A stretch of 64,000 nucleotides of DNA from Lophium mytilinum (taxonomy: Eukaryota): the NCBI GenBank assembly GCA_010093605.1, contig MU004193.1, positions 1,123,520 to 1,187,519 on the forward strand, read 5' to 3'. Shown in pieces: positions 59,785 to 64,000 of this stretch (within the stretch, counting starts at the first letter, position 1; each line of letters starts with the position of its first letter). A program made the position numbers and the translations under genes. The notes beneath the pieces were generated by a model. It made no database searches. It was not told the DNA's origin and saw only the letters and a program-made list of their open reading frames with translations.

Positions 59785-61405
59785 GATGGTATGTGGATTT
59801 GGTGGATGTTGTGGTTGGTTTATTGGCGGGAGGTTCGTTTGAGGGTGTGGAAAGACAGTTTGTCGTTATAAGAATACAACTTATATTAGAATTGAAGGTA
59901 AAGTAGATATTCACTCCTTCTCAGAATGACATGCCCGGCGGGTGGGCGTGCATGAAAGAAGATTCTAGGCTGCAAAATTGACACTAAGCTTGCTATCATT
60001 GATAGGCTGATATTAGAATAGAGAATGATTTGTGAAGCTGATCCTATAACACTCGAACGCAACAGATCTTCCATCTTGTCTCAAGTCTGCTAACCTATCT
60101 GGAGCACGATCAAAATGTGCTCTGGAAGCGAGTTTGTTGACGAGGTATGAGGGATAGAATTGCCGACATACATGTGTGAGTGTCATATCAGCCCTTGGCT
60201 CCGTCTTTTATTTGCTGGGAGGAGGGACGAGGAGAACGAGCCCGCTTGACCTTGTGAGTACCATCCCCAAGTCTCAACTCGTGCTGAACGCGTGATGCCC
60301 ACATCTACCATTTTAGGCGCATGATAAGTGTTTACTATTTTACCCCGAAATGGCTCTATAACTCCTTTAAGTCCTTTCTGTGTTTGAAACCTTGAAGACG
60401 AGAGGATGCAGGAGCGAAGAAGTATGGTCATAACTGCGCAATGTGCTCGCGCTGTCATAAAACTTAGTGAAGATCAAAAGGAAGACGAAGCCCGAATGTT
60501 CACTAGATTGGAAGATCTTAACGTGTCCAAAAATATGAGCTCCTACTTTTGATACGCCCTTGTACTCATCTCCTTCCGAAATGAGTAGAAAGCCACATCC
60601 AACCTTCGTACTGAACGAAAGAAATCAAATCGAAACATAAGTCGTAGAAAACCGAGAAGAGTGACTAGGATGCAGATAGTCTATGAACTAATACCACAGA
60701 TACGCGGATGATAGACCATAAAGACCATCACAATACTGACCTGGCAGAATAACACCTCTTCAGTCGAAACCCCGCGGAGCTCGCCGTCTAGATCGCCAAA
60801 GACACGGCTCGCTTCCAAAGCTGCTGATCAGGAGGTACACCACTCACACACTATTCAAAGTTAATCAGCAGCAGACCCTGTGCCGACGTCAATGACGAAG
60901 CATCCCGATCCCAACATCGGCATGACAATCGGCATGAATCAGACATCGGGGTACACTCGGGACAGAGCAAAGGGTCTTAACGCCATAGTGTGATGTACTT
61001 TGATAGTATGATAGAATAGCGCCGATAAACATCTGCCGGTGGTTCTGTGGGAATTCTCTGACGTCGGCGGATTCCACGGTGTCACTGGTGTAGGCGATGA
61101 TGGCGATTCGCAGAAGCAAGGCGGTGGGGATGGGATTATAATGCGTGGACAGTAATTGGCTGGCCACCACGCGTCGAGATGCACGGGAATTGGAAATAGA
61201 GCTGGAGGTGTGTGCACGGGCCGCGTATGACCCTTGTTCTGAAGTCTAGTTCATCAACGTCATGGATGCCGGACTAACTGTAGAGGCAAAACGTGGGGTA
61301 TATAAATTCGAGTGCACCGTTATGACAACCACTCCTTTCATACCCCAATTGCTTCAGCCCAATTATCTCCTACCCACTAAACACATCTTATATCTACTCA
61401 TAAAT

Positions 61406-63094
61406 ATGTCGCAACACGTCGCATCCGGCAAGAGCGGCGACATGTCTCGCAACTACATCGAAGACCGCGCTGCTAAGTCCCAGGACACTCTTTACACCAC
61501 GAGCAATGGCGCCCCATACCCTCACCCATACGAGGCTCAGCGAGCTGGCACGAATGGACCTCTCCTACTTCAAGACTTCCACCTAGTCGACCTTCTCTCC
61601 CACTTCGACCGCGAGAGAATCCCAGAGCGTGTCGTTCACGCAAAAGGCAGCGGTGCCCATGGCTTCTACAAGACCACAAACCCTTTGGATGACCTGTCCT
61701 GTGCAGACATCTTCCAAGCTGGCAAGGAATGTCCCATCACCGTCCGTTTCTCCACCGTGGGAGGCGAGTCTGGGTCCCACGACTGCGCTCGCGATCCTCG
61801 AGGCTTCTCGGTCAAGTTCCGCACTGACGAGGGCAACTGGGATGTGGTGGCAAACAACACCCCCGTCTTCTTCCTAAGAGACCCAGCGAAGTTCCCACAC
61901 TTCATCCACACTCAGAAGCGTAACCCTGCCACCCATCTCACCCACGCAGACGACTCAACCGTCTTCTGGGACTACCTCTCGCAAAATCCTGAGTCGATCC
62001 ATCAAGTTATGATCCTCATGGGCGATCGTGGCATCCCAGATGGCTACCGCTTCATGCACGGATACTACGGACACACGATGAAGCTGGTCAACAAGTCTGG
62101 CGAGTGGGTGTACTGCCAGATGCACTTCAAGTCGAAGCAAGGGACCAAGTTCATCACTCAGGCCGACTCGGCAAGCAAGTCTCCCGACCACTCTCAAAAG
62201 GACCTCTTCTTTGCTATCGAGAATGGTGATTTCCCTTCCTGGGACGTCGAGGTGCAGACAATGACAGCAAAGGAGGCCGAGGAGCTCTGGGAGAAGCAGA
62301 AGATCAATGTATTCGATCTGACCCACGTCTGGCCGCAGAAGCAGTTCCCTCGCCGCAAGGTTGGAGAGTTTACGCTCAATGAGAACGCCAAGAACTACTT
62401 CGCCGAGATCGAGCAGGTTACATTCAACCCATCGCATTTGGTGCCGGGTATTGAGCCATCAGCGGATCCAGTGCTGCAGTCGCGGCTGTTCAGTTACCCC
62501 GACACCCACCGCCACCGCGTTGGCCCCAACTACCAGCAACTTCCAGTCAACGCACCTCGCGTACCCTACCGCATGGCCAACTTCCAGCGCGATGGAGCCA
62601 TGTCTTTCTACAATCAGGGCTCCCGGCCAAACTACCTGTCCTCAATTGAGCCCATCTCTTTCCGCAACCGGACGGTTGATCTCAATAAGACCCACGGTAG
62701 CTTCACCGGCGACGCTGTGACGTTCCTATCGGAGATCCGACCCGAGGATTTCAACGGCCCGCGAGCGCTGTGGGAGAAGGTGTTTGATGACGGTGCGAAA
62801 GAGCGTTTCGTTGGCAATGTGTCGGGCCACATGGCGAACTGCACGGACAAGGAGATCATCAAGCGCCAGATTGGTATCTTCCGCGAAGTGTCAGATGACC
62901 TAGCGACTCGCTTGGAGAAGGCGACGGGCGTCAAGGGGTATCCGGGCATTGCGAACTTGAAGTTCAACGGGACGCACAACGGTATGGCGAGTGACAGCAG
63001 CTTGAGGGCTGCGAATGGTATCAAGGATGTTGTCCATAATGACAACCCGAATGGCGCGCCCATTAGCGGGACTCACAAGGGTATCACTGCCTAA
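61406..63094 (+). CDS. Monofunctional small-subunit heme catalase
   Basis: FDRERIPERVVHAKGSGA (distal His motif), RFSTVGGESGS, RDPRGF, and SRLFSYPDTHRHR (proximal Tyr motif). TATATAAA near 61299; ATG at 61406. Confidence 0.97.
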   Translation: MSQHVASGKSGDMSRNYIEDRAAKSQDTLYTTSNGAPYPHPYEAQRAGTNGPLLLQDFHLVDLLSHFDRERIPERVVHAKGSGAHGFYKTTNPLDDLSCADIFQAGKECPITVRFSTVGGESGSHDCARDPRGFSVKFRTDEGNWDVVANNTPVFFLRDPAKFPHFIHTQKRNPATHLTHADDSTVFWDYLSQNPESIHQVMILMGDRGIPDGYRFMHGYYGHTMKLVNKSGEWVYCQMHFKSKQGTKFITQADSASKSPDHSQKDLFFAIENGDFPSWDVEVQTMTAKEAEELWEKQKINVFDLTHVWPQKQFPRRKVGEFTLNENAKNYFAEIEQVTFNPSHLVPGIEPSADPVLQSRLFSYPDTHRHRVGPNYQQLPVNAPRVPYRMANFQRDGAMSFYNQGSRPNYLSSIEPISFRNRTVDLNKTHGSFTGDAVTFLSEIRPEDFNGPRALWEKVFDDGAKERFVGNVSGHMANCTDKEIIKRQIGIFREVSDDLATRLEKATGVKGYPGIANLKFNGTHNGMASDSSLRAANGIKDVVHNDNPNGAPISGTHKGITA

Positions 63095-64000
63095 AGGTGG
63101 CATAGATTTGGCCTTTAAAAGGGAAGCTGGAAGTGCAATGACTAGATGATGACTGTATTTATAACGAAAAGGAAATGGTATACCAGGATGAATACATCTC
63201 GTAGTGAATGTCGAACAATATCATAGAACAATTTCATACCCAGACCAAGTTGAAGAGCACTCCCTACCAATTATGCCTGGTTACAATGCTGTGCCACCGC
63301 TGTACACTTCCACACCTTGACACACGCTTGAGGAGGATGTAGCGATTAGCTAGTCACATCCGCCTTGCAGCTAATCTCATTCAGCTAGTAGGGTTACAAA
63401 GGGTGGTTCAAAGTTCAATGAGGAGCTCTTCGCCTGGGCAGGCTAAATGGTGACACTGGATAGCGTAACGGAAGGTGACAGCGGTGACTGGCTGGAGCCT
63501 CATGGTGCAGGCGCCGGGAAAGAGGAGCTTTCAGTCGGGATGGGAAAGCCGAACGCTAACCTCCTTCTAATCAGTCATCACGTGCAGATCTGTAATTGCT
63601 TTCGCGCGCTCTCTTGCACCGTCATTGCCATCCAAGCGACGTCTCCAGCTCCCCTATTTCTGTCGCCCACAACGTCCACCACGAGCCATAATCACCCTCT
63701 GATGTTCCCGCTTCGTGTCTCTCTGGCAGGTAGCCCCCTCTCCCACCAACATCGCCTCCCTCTAGCCCCATCGCCATGAGTTTGCCGCCCTTGGTAGAGA
63801 TGGTGGTCTGTGCGGAAGGAAGCAGCCCACCGTAGTCTACGGCGGGCGGCACCGGCTTTTGTGTCGCGTCTTTTCGCACCAATACTCGAGTTGCTTCTCC
63901 TCACCACCATTGACCCCCCATACACGACACCCACACCGAAGCCCAGCCCGTACCATGCTTCTCGCCTTTCACTTCGCCTACGTCCGTCGTCCAATCTCTC

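Noticed and set aside
63447..64000. ORFs at the right edge of the window
   Set aside because: No consistent coding frame or motif; probably UTR or promoter of a gene outside the window.
1..64000. CRISPR arrays, tRNA/rRNA genes, intact transposons
   Set aside because: I saw no spaced repeats, tRNA T-loop patterns, rRNA sequence, or transposase/RT motifs by eye; small elements could have been missed.

Overview
Eukaryotic genomic DNA from a filamentous ascomycete (short GT-AG introns with CTRAC/CTAAT branch sites, Pezizomycotina-type genes), with one 35-N gap. Both flanks hold ordinary genes. Left: partial membrane protein, VOC/glyoxalase, GFA/Mss4-like, an orphan SesA/HeLo-like protein, WHI3-like RRM, mitoribosomal mS45 with an intronic C/D snoRNA, SND2 and CDC27/bimA. 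Right: DBP9, a BTB protein and a catalase. Between CDC27 and DBP9 (~24-56 kb) lies an accessory island. It starts with three tandem intronless paralogs of an unrecognised family. It then carries four diverged copies of a two-gene module: a DUF6590-type protein with an upstream Trp/Tyr-rich motif next to a long coiled-coil protein, head-to-head in three of the four copies. By eye the DUF6590 domains align motif-by-motif with MazF/PemK endoribonucleases, suggesting an undescribed fungal toxin-antitoxin-like or immunity module (inference). In the fourth copy the DUF6590 is degenerate at the putative catalytic Arg, is joined across an A8 frameshift to a C2H2 zinc-finger protein, and faces a HeLo-like/DUF7580-type gene. 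All family assignments and exon models were made by eye and need HMM, structure and RNA-seq confirmation.
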